The position numbers and the translations under genes were made by a program. 64,000 nucleotides of DNA from Hormiphora californensis (lineage: Eukaryota; Animalia; Ctenophora). The number at the start of each line of letters is the position of its first letter. The first letter of the stretch is position 1. Under the pieces are notes generated by a model that saw nothing but the letters and a program-made list of their open reading frames with translations, was not told the origin of the DNA and did not search any database. Below, in pieces: positions 35,117 through 48,992 of this stretch. The DNA lies in the NCBI GenBank assembly GCA_020137815.1, contig CM035360.1, positions 5,394,001-5,458,000 of the forward strand, written 5' to 3'.

Positions 35117-37216
35117 TGTAGTCACACGTGTTGCGCGGATACAAAGCTCTCAGCAAGGATAATACAAATATACAAAGATTGAGGGGTTCGAATTCCAAAA
35201 AGTGGGAAACAAAGAAACACCTCATGGGAATCATTGATGTAGTATCAATTATTCTTCATGAATATCACCACGAGTGCGTGGGGAATTATAATGTCCACGG
35301 GGAGAAATCAACGAAGAAATATATATTTCCCTCGAGTTTATAACACAAGAAAACACAGGTTATAACTTGCGTTTTCTTTTCATGGACATGAATCCGTGTG
35401 GAAAAAGCTCTTTATTGAAAAAAAATTCGTTAACATTACATGTGGTCAGCTAAAAAATTAGAAAGATCAAGATCAAGAAGACCACTATTTGTCTCAACTG
35501 TATTTTGGATAATTATGGATGTTTCTTCTGAAAGTAACCACGAGCAAAGTTTCTGACTCGGATTTGTAGATGATAAATAAATTGCTAAAGTCCTGCAATG
35601 TTTATGAAGTCTAAAAAAAGAAGAACTGTTCCATTAGTGGGGAACAAACACATTTTTATTTCTCGACGTATTTTTCTTACTGGAGTCCTGTATGGTTCGT
35701 AATGTCGTATGCATGAAATGCTAAACTGTCGTCAACAAATATAAATGGAGTGTAATTTATGAGACAAGAACTAAGGAGAGAGAGAGAGAGAGAGAAAGAG
35801 AGATAGAGAGGAGGGGAAGGCCCAGGAAGGAGAGGGATAGATTTATTTTAGGCATCTTCTCACTTTGCAACTGTTCCTGTATACTATAACCTGCTTCTTC
35901 CGCACAGTCAACAGCTCAGTGCTGCAATACGTGTTGTAGTTATTTCCCCCTCCCCCTCCTCGCTGTTTAGAAACACCTTTAGATTTTCTCTCTTTCATTC
36001 CAAATCTATCTCCACTCCATTTCTCTCTACTCTCTTTCCCTCTCCATACATATGTTGACAGCTTTGAACGCTTGTTGGTGTGGTGGTCTGGTTTATAACA
36101 TCACACGCAGTATAGGGTAAACCGCTTGTTTGACACAGATACGATAAAAAAACCACATTTCAACCGCTCTCATCGGAAAAGCATTGACCAATATTTCTCT
36201 GGAGATCGTGTCTGTGGTTTGCACAGGGAGATCAAGTCCAGGCGTACTAAGCAGTTGAAATCGGTCGGATAACCGGCAGTACTTATATCGATCAAATACT
36301 TATCTTTTCTCTCTCTCCCTTTCTTTTCTCTCTCTCTCTCACACTCGCTCTTTCACTCTCTCTTTTCATTTTCTCCCAGCTGTTTCTTATCCTCCAAATT
36401 GTCTATATATCAGCTTTTCATACGTTTACCGTATTGAAACGGTGATTGATACGGTGATCACTGTAGTAATTTCCCGTTTCCGACACGATTATTTTGTCTT
36501 TTGTTTTTCGGTCTACGCCCAATTATGCTTCCAGATTTAGAATGTCTGAGAATTTTGATTTTCATTTCAAATAGTTTTTAGTTCTTTACTATTGGGAGCG
36601 AGGTCGTAGTCAGTAGATAAATACTTCGTTACATCCCTAATTCCTTTCTGTAACTGAAAAGGTCTTTCAGTCCATCGCTCATTTTCTAAACCAACTTAGC
36701 CCGTTCCAATCTAGTTGTCTAACAAGGCAATTAGAGTTAAAGTAATTAACGAGATACCGACAGATACACACGTGCAATTCTTATTCCACGTACAGAGCTG
36801 GTTGTGCAGTACAAAGCGATAGTCATTATATTTTCTACGTGTGCTGCACTAATAGTCGACCCCCCGTTCCTATAGTTAATGTCTTCCACAGCTTCGTTGT
36901 TATCTCTCAGCTCTATGGAATAAACGCAACCGGAAAGAACTAGTTGTCCGAGCAGATCTGTTTTCGGAAATGGGCCATTTCACTTCTAGATTTTATTTAT
37001 GCGTGGCCTATATATGTTTTATATATGTTTTATATATAAATATCTATTTCCCACACCCGAAGAACTTCCCTGTAGTGCCACTAACACTTTATATATATTC
37101 AGTTTTCGGCAAGTAATGCGAAAATTACATTTGCCTGTACGCGAAAGATAGAGAGAGAGAAAGCTGCCATGACTAAATACAATTTCTGAATGAGAAGACA
37201 GAGAGAGAGGGAAAGG

Positions 37217-37296
<80 letters not shown>

Positions 37297-38618
37297 TCGC
37301 TATCCACCTAGACCTGTGTTATATACAACGACTGACGCAGTTATCTTTTAGCTTTGATTTCCACAGCTGTTGTTTTTGAACCTCCATTTTCATTTTAGAA
37401 AAATGTAGCATACTTTTACGAACTATCTTCCAATTAAATTTTTCTAATTTCCTCCGAGTGCAGTGGTTACATCATAACCCGGTTTTTCCCTGACTAATCA
37501 GGGGGTTACCCTTATATAGCTCCGATAAGCAGTACACAATGGGTGCGGGCTCCGATCCCGATCTACCGGTATACATTTATATAACTTGTGTTTGTGCGTG
37601 TTTCATGAGTGTGGGAGTTTTGATATAAATCCTTAATACTTGTTTGGGCATTTTGAAAACTAATATATTGAACACTTAAAATCCTTGACATTTATTTATC
37701 TGTTACCCTTAAAAAACTGATTTGTTCTTATATAGCGATTGTGTTATAGCTAGCACCTCGAGCTGCTATCATCATCATTATGACAATTGGGGACTTTAGA
37801 GAAACATTGGCCAAAAGTATATACAAAAGCAACATGCCAGCTACTACATGTTATTATCAGATATATATATATCTGTAGAAGATCTCTAATTAATCGTTGC
37901 ATACCAGGCTACATGTGTTTTTGTGTCAGTCCACGTGCAGTGCTGTCCATGTGATATACTTTCTCAATTTTTCGATCCTTCGCTGTCTTTTCTCTCTCAT
38001 GTAAATTTTCTCTGTCTCTCTTTTTCCCTCTCACTTTTCCTCTCACTCTTTCTCTGTCTATTCTTCACGTTGGTCTCCCTCTCAAATTCTCTGATTCTCC
38101 GCAGCCACTACACCTCCAATTTACACCATCCATCTTACTTGCGAAGTGAAAAAAGACAGAAGTGCCTCTATCATGTGGCACATAGCAGTTTTTCTATGTG
38201 TGAGACTGTGAGTGTATCCTTCCGAAAAAACACCTGTGTGCACTCACTGTATAACTGTACTAAGTAGTTTACACCCAGCGGGCCTCAGCTGCCCCTATAC
38301 TAGATCGCTCTCTAACTAGCTTGAGAATCATCCTTCCATCCTCTGTTTTTAAAACTTTTGCGGCTTAGATTCCGTGGAAGCTCAAACCTAATTCAAGCTT
38401 CTGAGGCCTGAGTGCTATAATAAATTCGTAGTGTCGGTGCGTGTCCTTGTTGTACAAATCCTTCCCGTATAGCATTCTATTTTTCATCAAAATACATGTG
38501 ACGTTGATATTGAACCCTCTCGTTACCACATCTTTACATGTCTTTGTGAAACTGCACAATTCTCTCATCGACTTAGTGTAATGAGCACTCTACCAAATAC
38601 TGACCCGTCTCACTCCAG

Positions 38619-41600
38619 GCAAGTGCCATGGGCATCTCAACAGTCTGCACTCGATCCTACCTGTGAAAGAGGAGTACCTCACGCAGTGCTGTCTGGCTAT
38701 TAGGGAGTGCAGTAGTATTCGACTGATACACTGCACCAGATGAGCTGAAAGCGGTAGTCGAGAGCACCATCAACAAGTATTGGACGCCAGGTTAGCAGCG
38801 GGGAATCATAACTATTTCATTAATTTTAAGCATCGTGAAATTTATATGTTGATTTTGTTTAATTATCATCTGATTTATCGAGTACAGGTGGTACTAAGTT
38901 CGTTGATGCTGAGTCTATCTGGGAATACCGGATGAAAGGTCTACCCTTCTGGAATTCATTCTCTCCTCAGCGATCCCTCCAGGTATGTGATCACTGCCTA
39001 AATTGATGCATCCAGTTTAACTTTTTACATTTGTCATTCGTCGGCCAAGAAAGATACTTTTTTCACTGTCTATCTATCAGCAGTTATCCGTCTACGAGTT
39101 AGACAAAACCACAAAACCTGTAATGACTCTAATATATCCCTCATTAAGTCTCATTAACTCTGGGCGCACACGTACAACGCTAACCGCACACTTTGCACAG
39201 GTTCACTCCCTCATCTGCCATATCCTGGATGCCATGCAAGTGGCAGGATGGGAAATTCAAACCGCCACCGACCTCTCCCGATGCAAAGACCTGTCAACGT
39301 TTTTCCTGAAGAAGAAAAACCGACACCCAAGCAAACGCGATCAACCGGTAATGCCGACCACCAATGAAAGAAGTTCAAATGTTTTAAAATCACAAATATT
39401 TCTATCTTTTTCAAAACAAAAAAAGTGTATCACCCTCACTAAGTAAAACTTGTCCCTCTCTCCAAGAAAAAGATGTTCAGTGCGACGTTGGCTGATAAAA
39501 ATAAGCTCCACGTTGTAAATGCACCCAAGTTTGTAATCACCAACCTTAATAACATGCTGAATGCACACTGGAATAAGGTAAGATTTGATTTATTTGGAGT
39601 TCTCACTTCTCGATAACGGATAACTTTGGTGTCCTAAAAAGATCATTGATCAATGAGACCAATTCATTTATTCTTGTTATCAGGGGTTCTAAAAGTAACG
39701 AAGAATAAGTATGGAGTTATTTTCACACTGAAAGGGGAACCGTGGACAGATGGTAAAAATGTTATTATTCAAGCAGCATCTCTTATTCACCGGCTTGTTG
39801 TGGCCCTTGGACTTACAGGGGTGGGAGGTGACAGCCATTGCTCGAGTCAAAAACTTTAGGGATACGATTTTCTTCCGGCAAAAACGATTGAAAAAGATTG
39901 ATGATCTGGTTACACGGTTTCTCTCAATTAGCATTTATGGTAAGTTAAAATGGTAACTTTGCAAAACTCTTGTCTGTAACTGTCAGACCTGATATAGGCC
40001 TGAACCTAGTCTTTATTATGACATTTGACGTGACATGTTTCAGGCAAGAACCGGTTAAAGCTGGTGCACTGTAGTGACAAGGAGGTAGTGGATGATATTG
40101 AAAGCTTTATGTACCAAAGTTGGGAACCCGGCGTAGATCAATGTAAAAGGGGCGATGGAATCTTGGAAGTCAGGGTAAGATAATATCTTAGAACTCTATC
40201 TTCCAAATCACCCTTTTTGTGGGATCTGCGGGAACTGCCACCCAGCAATGTATCATTTTCTCTCAACCCCGACTATTTATTACAGTTATTTGGTAAGCCC
40301 TTCTGGTCAGACAGTACAGATGGTATTGACAGTAAACTACTGATATGCGGACTGCTTGAGAAGCTCCTCCTCAGAGGATGGAAGATTCACAACTTCATTA
40401 GTACCACCAGGTCCCTGGAAAACAAGGGAACAATGGTGTTCAAACAGTGCCCCATCCCTGACAAACCTACCTCTCCCATGTGCATTTCATTTGACGATGA
40501 GGTACAGTTATTTTCTAACTAATTTCCCCATGCTGCGAGGAGGAAGGAGTGATTATTATCATCGTGCTTGGAATTTTGTCCAATTAAAATGAGAGAGCTT
40601 GCTTCGCTGCACTGCGATCAGACGCCTAATTTCATCTGTTTCAAATTTGAGATGCAGAATAATTAAACTCTCTCTCTCTTTCAGGATAAAATTAGACTGA
40701 TCTCTCCATCGGAGGATGTCAAATCGACAGTGAGAAGCGTCATTACGCAGCGACTCGGCCAAAATGGAATCGTCCGGGAGGGAAATTTCAGGTAATATCA
40801 CGTGGTTTATTCAGTGACTTTCTCATCATCATTTCGTAGACTTATACATATAATATATGTACATATTATGTACTTCCGTAAGGCGTAATACGTTACACGA
40901 TTCAAATATTTCACGAAATTTCTATCCTGCTCACACTTCACGAATTCCCCCAAATTACATCATGATACATGTGATAATATGTTTATTATTACATTTTCAC
41001 CGGGGAGACGCCTATTCATCCCATCTGTACCCCCGTACGTGCTAAGCCAGGCAATGACCGTGTATACACATGTTAAGGAGGACAGTCGACCCTGCCGTAA
41101 CTTGATTATCATGTTCAAGACCGTGTCTGAAGAACCGTCAAGGCGGCGTTTATATTGTGTGCCATGGGAAATAACCGGAAATAGAAATGTATTCAAAATC
41201 GTCAGAGTTGAATGCGTTATCATCGCCAAACAATGAAAAATGCCTTTATACAATAATGGACAATGTCTCAGAACAGCCAATGTTTCCAATCAGCGAGTTA
41301 CCATGGGAGTCTTGGGATTGACGAGTATCATGCTAATTGCTAACAATATTTCTCCTACTAGGAGCTGCTGGGAGTTCAAACTGCATGGTGCACCCTGGAC
41401 GGGTGTCTCAAGCGACGAGGGAATCAAAGTTCGATCCCTTCTTACCCACATTCTCGATGTATGTATCCATGTATGGCTTCGTATTCATTGTTTTAAAGTG
41501 AAAGTTGCCACTTTTAAAGTGAAAGTTGCCACTATAATTCTGTAATTCTAACCCTCAGTTCTAATCCCCATCCCCATCTTTCAGAAACTCTCCTACAAGG

Positions 41601-41814
41601 GCTGGGTGGTCATGTCATCCTTTGATGTCTGCAGCAAGATCAGCAAAGTCCAACGATCCGACATCCCCAACCCCTGGATGCCCAATCGTGGTACCTGTAC
41701 AAGAACGAAACGATAACCAACGCAGCTGCCACCTGGATGAGTAAGATTAAACGAAGTTCATCCAACTCTGCCATCATACCTGCAGGGAGTGCCTCGCGTA
41801 AGGGAGAGAGATAG
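38619..41814 (+). CDS. Uncharacterised protein with four tandem ~100-aa alpha/beta repeats; several homopolymer frameshifts
   Basis: Repeat consensus isl..DklrLi......i...W..G......efkL.G.PW/PF.......Li..il..l...GW.i: MKGLPFW/AGWEI, LKGEPW/TGWEV, LFGKPFW/RGWKI, LHGAPW/KGWVV across ~10 GT-AG exons. Start uncertain. Confidence 0.75.
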
Positions 41815-42115
41815 ATATGGGAATTGTTTGATATACATGTGTGTGTGGTTATGTGTTTGATATGGTATGATCATCATGTGTGCGTGTTTGGGAACTAGTG
41901 TACATTAGTTCCAAACTTGTGTTAGACGATGAGATGCCGGCTACCGATCAGTACTCCTGGTATGGTGTTATCTAATTTGGCTTCCAATCCAAGAAGATTA
42001 GAAAATACAGACGTATGCCAGACGTTTAGTTGTCTACAAACGGTATGCGTCTAACAGGGATTTGAATGTTTTCAGTTTAGTAGCCGGCTCTCTATTACAA
42101 GTCATCATTTGTAGG

Positions 42116-42282
42116 TATCTCTATCTCTATCTCTATCTCTATCTCTATCTCTATCTCTATCTCTGTCTCTATCTCTATCTCTATCTCTATCTCTATCTCT
42201 ATCTCTATCTCTATCTCTATCTCTATCTCTATCTCTATCTCTATCTCTATCTCTATCTCTATCTCTATCTCTATCTCTATAT
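42116..42282. repeat. (ATCTCT)n hexanucleotide microsatellite
   Basis: Direct inspection. Confidence 0.97.
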
Positions 42283-43777
42283 CTCCTTTTTGTCGTGATT
42301 TGTTTGTCGTGATGTTATGTTTGTCGATGAAAATCTCCCGGGACGAGCACTCTCTGCAGATACACATTGAACCCCCGAAGTTGTAGACCCGGCACATACT
42401 TCGATCCACACTATCTTTTTATCCTGAATTCTCATTTTTGGGTCTACAGCTTTATACTTTGCACTTTACTCGTTCACAAATCATGAAACCGTTTCACACC
42501 ATTATATTTTCCATGTCACCGATATATTTTACAAACAATCCACTATTATGGTATCTATCACCACCAACAACTCCACATCACGGCATTACCACTTTCCATC
42601 GAGCGACGAACAAAAATATATTCCGGAACACCGGTAGTGAGTCTTTCTTTCAGGGAGCGCTACAAAGGTTGATCCGTCCAAGAATAACTATTGTGAGTTT
42701 AGTACGTAGTTAGTGAGTCTGAAATGCGAAGCTGTTTTACCACCCCGCTTGTGCGCTGCCTGGTGCATGCCTCGACCCTTTCTTCTGCAGAACGGGTCTG
42801 GTGTGTGCTGGACAGCTTGTGCCTTGTGTGTGCAACTACTATACACATACCCGCCTAGCTAGTGATGTGATCCCTTCCCGCATTCGTGATACGCTTCAAG
42901 TGAAACCCCGGTCCTGCTTTTAGCTGCAATATTAGCGAGTTTTTGTAAACACTCATCAAATATCTGTCAAATACATTTTGTCCTTTATGTTCATCCTCAT
43001 AGTGTTATTGTGTCATATTGTGCGTAGCTTTCACTTTCATTTCACCATGTAAAAGTAATTTCATCAGATCTACTTATTAGATTTTCGTGCATCATAAATG
43101 TTCAAGGTCTTCACTACGTCCAAGTCATGATTTCACCGTTCTATATGTTTAGGCATATCTTCAAAGTGTAACAACCTGAGTGCCGCTGCTAAGACGGTCA
43201 TTTAGCCGCCTTGATTTTATCGAGATTTTCTCTAGCTCAAGCTGATCCTGATGCTTCCATGACAACAGAAAGTTGTTGCTATGTTTCCATGACAACAGAA
43301 AGTTGTTGCTATGGAGATTGTGTTATCCCAGCTTTCTCTCTCTCCCTGCTCTGTATCCACATCTCACTTCCACTAATACACTTGCGTCACTTTCTATATG
43401 AACACAACCCTAAATATATCACCCTGCTTTTGCCAGTGACACATAACATCATGTCACAGTGACTTAAATAACATCGGCATGCACGATGTCTGAAGTGTGC
43501 ATGTAGAATATGCAGTGAATACTCCGTGATTGTGGGCTATTTCGTTTTTCTGCTCGGAATCTAGTCGATTGCATTTCACAGCTTCACCATCATCTTGCTA
43601 ACCTGACATTATTTCATCAACAAACGAACCAACAATGACATAACATTGACACAAAACTTGACAGTAGAAAATCATAAATTTGTCCTGCTCGAGCTAGACA
43701 AACACTACACAGTACACATAGACAAACTGACAAACACACACATACATTATACATACACATACACACAAACTAAAACA

Positions 43778-43870
43778 CAGACTGACCCACAAACTGACAC
43801 ACAAACTGACCCACAAACTGACACACAAACTGACCCACAAACTGACGCACAAACTGACCCACAAACTGTC
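43778..43870 (+). repeat. 12-bp minisatellite ACAAACTGAC(C/A/G)C immediately before a 3' splice site
   Basis: About 7-8 copies ending at GTCCCTAG (43875). Confidence 0.9.
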
Positions 43871-43875
43871 CCTAG

Positions 43876-44880
43876 AGAAACACAAAAAGCAAGAGGAAGA
43901 AGAACGAGAACTGGCACAGTTAAAAGAAGACTTGAAATTTCACCAACAACACCGACGACTTTCTTTGTTCAGCAGCTCAACAAACAGACTATCAGTTCCA
44001 CCGACAGTAGCTGACGACAAATCAGAGTCAAAATCTTCTGACAAGGCGCAACGGGAGAAACCGCCTGTTATTAATGTTATCCCGCCAAAGGGTGGCCGGA
44101 GTAGGGTCCGATCTGGGCCCTCTCCTGTAGCAGGCCCCTCGACTGAACAGAACATTGAAACTAAAGATGAACAACTGAACAACTTACACCTTCCCAAACG
44201 ACTGAAGGGACACAACAAAGCTGCGGTTTGACACATTTCAATAATGACGTCATCATTTCATTTCACCTCTAACAACACTAAAACCCCCAACTGACACCCT
44301 TTTCTCTCCTCAGAAACCGTGGACAAAAGAGCGGAGCCCGGAGCCCGGGAGGAGGGAGAGGAGGAAGAAGAGGTAGCTGCATCGACCCTCTTTGCGCCGT
44401 GTGTAATCGAAGAACAACCACCCACTCCTACCATCCCAGAGGAAGATGAGGACATCACGAGGAGCGAGGATGTAACTACAACCGGAACAAGGACGGATGA
44501 ACTGAAAACTGATGATTTAACCACCCCGGAGTCGTCCCTAACTAACTTGATTAGGGATGTTAAGAGTGATATTGCACGTGCTGCTGAGATCCCCACTACT
44601 AGGATTATTGAAACGGTTGATATGGATGACGGTGCAAAGGATAGCATGGATCATCTTCTCATAGAGGAGGATCATCTAGATCCTGTAATGTGTGCGGCAT
44701 TTGATTGCAAAACTATCTCACCCTCACCCAGTTGTACGAATGAAGAATTTGAAATTCCAGAAATCGAGAACGATATCATCAACACCATTTTCTCCGATCC
44801 TCCTCCATTCAACAAAAAATGAACGGAGTTGGCAAAGACAGCATGTGAATATCAAGGGTGCGTTACAAGTCATCAGTTGA
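43876..44880 (+). CDS. Terminal exons of an unknown acidic, low-complexity protein (5' exons not identified)
   Basis: Exon from 43876 KHKKQEEEERELAQLKEDLKF...HNKAA; second exon from 44314 with E/D/T-rich ORF; probable indels near 44345 and 44815. Confidence 0.55.
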
Positions 44881-45376
44881 GGCAGAGGCATTCGTGAACC
44901 TTAGAGTTAGGTGGTAGCTGAGCGATGAAGGAGCGGAATTATAGTCCTCCCGCGGAAATCGGTCCGTTTAGAATAAAATGCACACGAACGATCTCCCCCT
45001 CGATCGATTAGTCAGCTTGTGGCTGGTTCTTAAAACTGATTTGAAACTTTATGCGTACGAATGTGTGTACGTTTTGTGTGTACGCTTTGTGTGACGTGTG
45101 TTTAAGTAAGTGCATCAGACTGGCTCAAAGAGCAAGACAAACTCAAGAATTGAAAATGAGGGAAAGAGTTAGAGGGAGTGAGAGAGAAAGAGATAGAGAG
45201 TGAACGAGTTTGTAACATTTATTTGTATTTTGCGATATAGCAATTTCTTGAATCGTTGGAATGACATCGTTTATTTGCTGTTTATGAAGGTAAAATTGTA
45301 AAATATATCAAAAGAAACAAATTATATCACCCATTGTGATTCAACCCCACACACTAAACAATCGGGTTCAAACAAC

Positions 45377-46793
45377 TCATTCGTATATTTTGAGTTTTGG
45401 GTTCTCTTTCACCAAATTCCTCCATTTGTCCTTCAATTGTACATTATTTCGATGATGGAGCGCTTCATATTTCTTACTCACCAGGATTTTAGCCCACTTC
45501 CCATATCCAATATCCTTAACAGCATCCACCAACAGTTCCTCCTCCTCACCTGTCCACGCTTTACGGTGCTGCCTGTTCTTGGTGGGGGAGGAGATGAGGA
45601 ATTCATCGTCCGGACAGTCCCAAAGCTCACCACTAGGTGGCTCAATGATCTCATCCGAGGGACTGTGTCTGGCTCTCATCCAGGCCTTCACTTTACTCGC
45701 ATCTACCATCCTCTCTTTCGACACAGCAAGCTGGGCTCGGGCTCGTTTGGCTGGCGGTGGGGATGATGTGGCGAGGGGTGATTGAGCAAAATCGCTGACA
45801 TTTAGGCTGTCTTCCGGGGAGGACTGTTGTTCGTTTTCTTTTTCCTCACATTGCTGTGATTCAGGTTTCTCAGTATCCCTTTCGTCTACTGCCTGACTAT
45901 CATCAACCATAATAGGTAAAGATTCCTGCGACTGGGGTGAACTACAGGCGAATCTCCAGATCTCTATCGCCCTCCAGGGAGTCCTCCAGATCACATGCTC
46001 CCCCATCGAGACATCTCTCAATCTTGGCATCTAGCGTGGCTGTTATGACATCGTCCTGGACGATTTGCAGGACTATCGAATCGGAGGAAAGAATGTCATT
46101 TTGGGAGGCATCAGCTAGTTCTGCTTCATTTGTGTTCATGTTATTACCATTGACATCTTCTTCACCCTGAGTGTCGATGTCCATCATTGAAGAATCTAGC
46201 AATCTTTCCACCCTCTGTTGCGTATCAGTCTCTGGAGTTTCAGATGATATGGCGTCCTGACTCACCCCATTAGTTTGTTGGTTGCATATAACATGTTCCC
46301 GCTTCCATTTTGGAGCGAGTAAATCCAGCAAACTGCAGTACAATGATTGATAGAAAGATTCATACACATCATGTTTGAGTCGGGATCCGCTACTAAGAAG
46401 TTCCTTCAGTTCAATATCGGTAACACACAAATAATCATTCGGAATGGCGGTGATGGAGACATCTTCGGAAAATAGTTCTGAGAAAAGTTTAAAAAACTGT
46501 GGTGGATAGTCCACTGGAGGCTGCCATAACTCGTAGGCTATGTAGTGTAGACAGAACCTATGTAACCATGAAATATTTGAGGTGATAGGGCTGGATAAAT
46601 ATTGATCGGTGTCACTCACATTCGGGAGAAGGATTCGAGAGAGGGATAGAAACTTGTGATTCGCAACTGTTTCATCAGTCAGATTTAGAAACGTCTTGAC
46701 CACTTCTGCTAGTTTGTTCTGAGATTGGACCAGTTCATTGTGGAGATTTTCTAGTTTCTGGAAGCACTCGCCGTTTCTATCAGGTCCGGACAT
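45377..46793 (-). CDS. Telomeric repeat-binding factor-like protein (C-terminal telobox Myb), split between two frames at ~45945
   Basis: RKAWTGEEEELLVDAVKDIGYGKWAKIL...NVQLKDKWRNL telobox; helical N-terminal region; SQ/TQ-rich acidic linker; pyrimidine-rich acceptor 11 nt before ATG 46793. Confidence 0.85.
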
Positions 46794-46884
46794 GTTACAT
46801 TCAGCTGAAAGGGGAGAACAATAAACTGAAGTGTCACTGGAACAAATATTTATCACATTTTCGATAATACGCACCCAAAAAGAT

Positions 46885-47724
46885 ACCCCCCTAGACCACC
46901 ATAGTTGCCGATGTGGTGGAGAGCTGTAACTTGGCAGGGTTGCTCCACTATGTCTATCTTGATCCTGACAGAAAAATCAGAGCTCTAGCTCAAAATTCAT
47001 TTTCATGAACGGAATGAACATTGTCATTCATTCCAGGAAAAAATATTTTCCGGTCCAAAATTTAACTAATTATGTTTGGCTATCGATTTGCTTTCCAATG
47101 TGACCAAGATCAGCTAAATTGGACAACCACAAGAGACACAGTGTCATGTTGCTTTAAGTTAGTCAGGTCATGTGATCTTCACCGAATCGTTGAGTTTCCG
47201 GGATTGCTAATCGGGCCAATGGGCAAAGGAATTTCGTATCATGGCCGCTAATTGGGTATGTGTACCAATACAGGGTGATGTGATTCGAGGAAAGAGGACA
47301 TTTATCAAAGAGCTACAGATCTGATGACCAATCAGCATCGTCATCCCTCATTAGCAGATGTGATACGTGATTCTCTACCACTTAGACCAATTCGTAATAC
47401 TGAACACGATCAACGATTCAGTGAAGATCACATGACCTGACTAACTTTAAGAAACATGACACTGTGTCTCTTGTGGTTGTCCAATTTAGCTGATCTTGGT
47501 CACATTGGAAAGCTAATCGATAGCCAAACATAATTGGTTAAATTTTGGACCGGAAAATATTTTTTCCTGGAATGAATGACAATGTTCATTCCGTTCATGA
47601 AAATGAATTTTGAGCTAGAGCTCTGATTTTTCTGTCAGGATCAAGATAGACATAGTGGAGCAACCCTGCCAAGTTACAGCTCTCCACCACATCGGCAACT
47701 ATGGTGGTCTAGGGGGGGGGGGGG
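46885..47724. mobile_element. MITE/foldback with ~305-bp inverted arms and ~220-bp spacer
   Basis: CCCCCTAGACCACCATAGTTGCCGATG... at 46886 is mirrored at ~47410-47720. Confidence 0.9.
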
Positions 47725-48031
47725 CTTTTTTTTGCCGCACACGGTATTTATTTATTCATAAAAGATAAAAATCTCTGCACTGCTTATCAGAAATCGCGTA
47801 ATTTGCCCACCCTTTCGCTAGATTTTCAATTCTATTCTGTTCTTTATTATGAAAAGTTTGTCCTGGACCAAAGGGACCTTCACCCCCCGAGTCTGAATTC
47901 TGAAATTGTAGAGCGAGACCGGCAAAAATTGAAAAATCAGGACAAATTTTACAGAAAAAATTTTTATGAAAAACCGGGTTGACCGGGCCCATTAATACGG
48001 AATATAACAATAAGTGTAATCAGTACATCCA

Positions 48032-48976
48032 TCCATATAATAAATTCCATAATGTTAGTCAGTCTGTCCGTTAATTGGTTTTTCAAACTCCTCCCACAGT
48101 TTTTGAGCTAGACCCCTGAAAATTTGTACACGGGTACCTTGGACCAAGGCGGATGTAAGTATGGGCTCAGATTTTTGATCCGATCTTTACAGCAGTGACG
48201 TCACGGGGTGACGTCATTGCGACAAAAAGACTTACATTTTTCAAACGCTTCTAAGACCCTGAAAACGGCTCTAAATCAAAAAACTAACGCAATAGTGGGG
48301 AAAGAGAATCGTTTGAACTTCATTTTACCAGGTAGCGATTTCCCGTAACTCAATGTTTAAGGGTCGTAAATCGCGTCGGGAAAGTTAAAAATGCCAAAAA
48401 TGCGATATTTTTCACCGTAGCCACCCAAAATCTTATCCAATCGATATGAAACTTGGTCGGTATGTGAATTTTAATGTCCTTTGGCCAGGGGTTCCAGGAA
48501 AACGGATTGGCAAGATGAGAACTGACCGGAGTTCTTATAATTCTAAATTCACGAATTTGGAATTTTTCGTCGACTTTTTTTTGCGACATAAAACGCGAGG
48601 AAATTTTCAATGAATTTTAAAATTTTACACTGCGCGCGTAATTTTAGGTTCCGCGCGGCGTAAAAAAGCAGCGCTTTTTTGGGAAAATTCGCGCGTTACA
48701 GTAAATGATTTACCCGCCTCGCCGTTTTTTCAAAAACCCAATGTTTATCAGACCCCAATTTGATTCTCAGTGCGCTCAGATGGGTCGCGGCGCCAGACAG
48801 TATGATAGTAGGAGCGGTTAGATCACCACGTGGTGACTTTTCGAGACAAGTGAGCAGAGAGAGGGAGTATGAGAGTATGACGGTGTGTGGGTAATTTATT
48901 ATAATTTATTGATCACCACGTGGTTAAAGTCGCGTGCCACCCCTTTTTGTGCATTGTCATAGCTCGGGTACTCTAG
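48032..48976 (+). mobile_element. Non-autonomous Helitron-like element
   Basis: 5' TC(CATATAATAAA) start, GTCAGTCTGTCC tract, 3' CTAG, inserted between A and T. The 3' segment recurs at 18578-18646. Confidence 0.65.
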
Positions 48977-48992
48977 TAAAGGTTAAAATAAA

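Noticed and set aside
43646-44014. QTDP/QTDT repeat ORF
   Set aside because: Intronic minisatellite; the plausible exon starts at 43876 in another frame.
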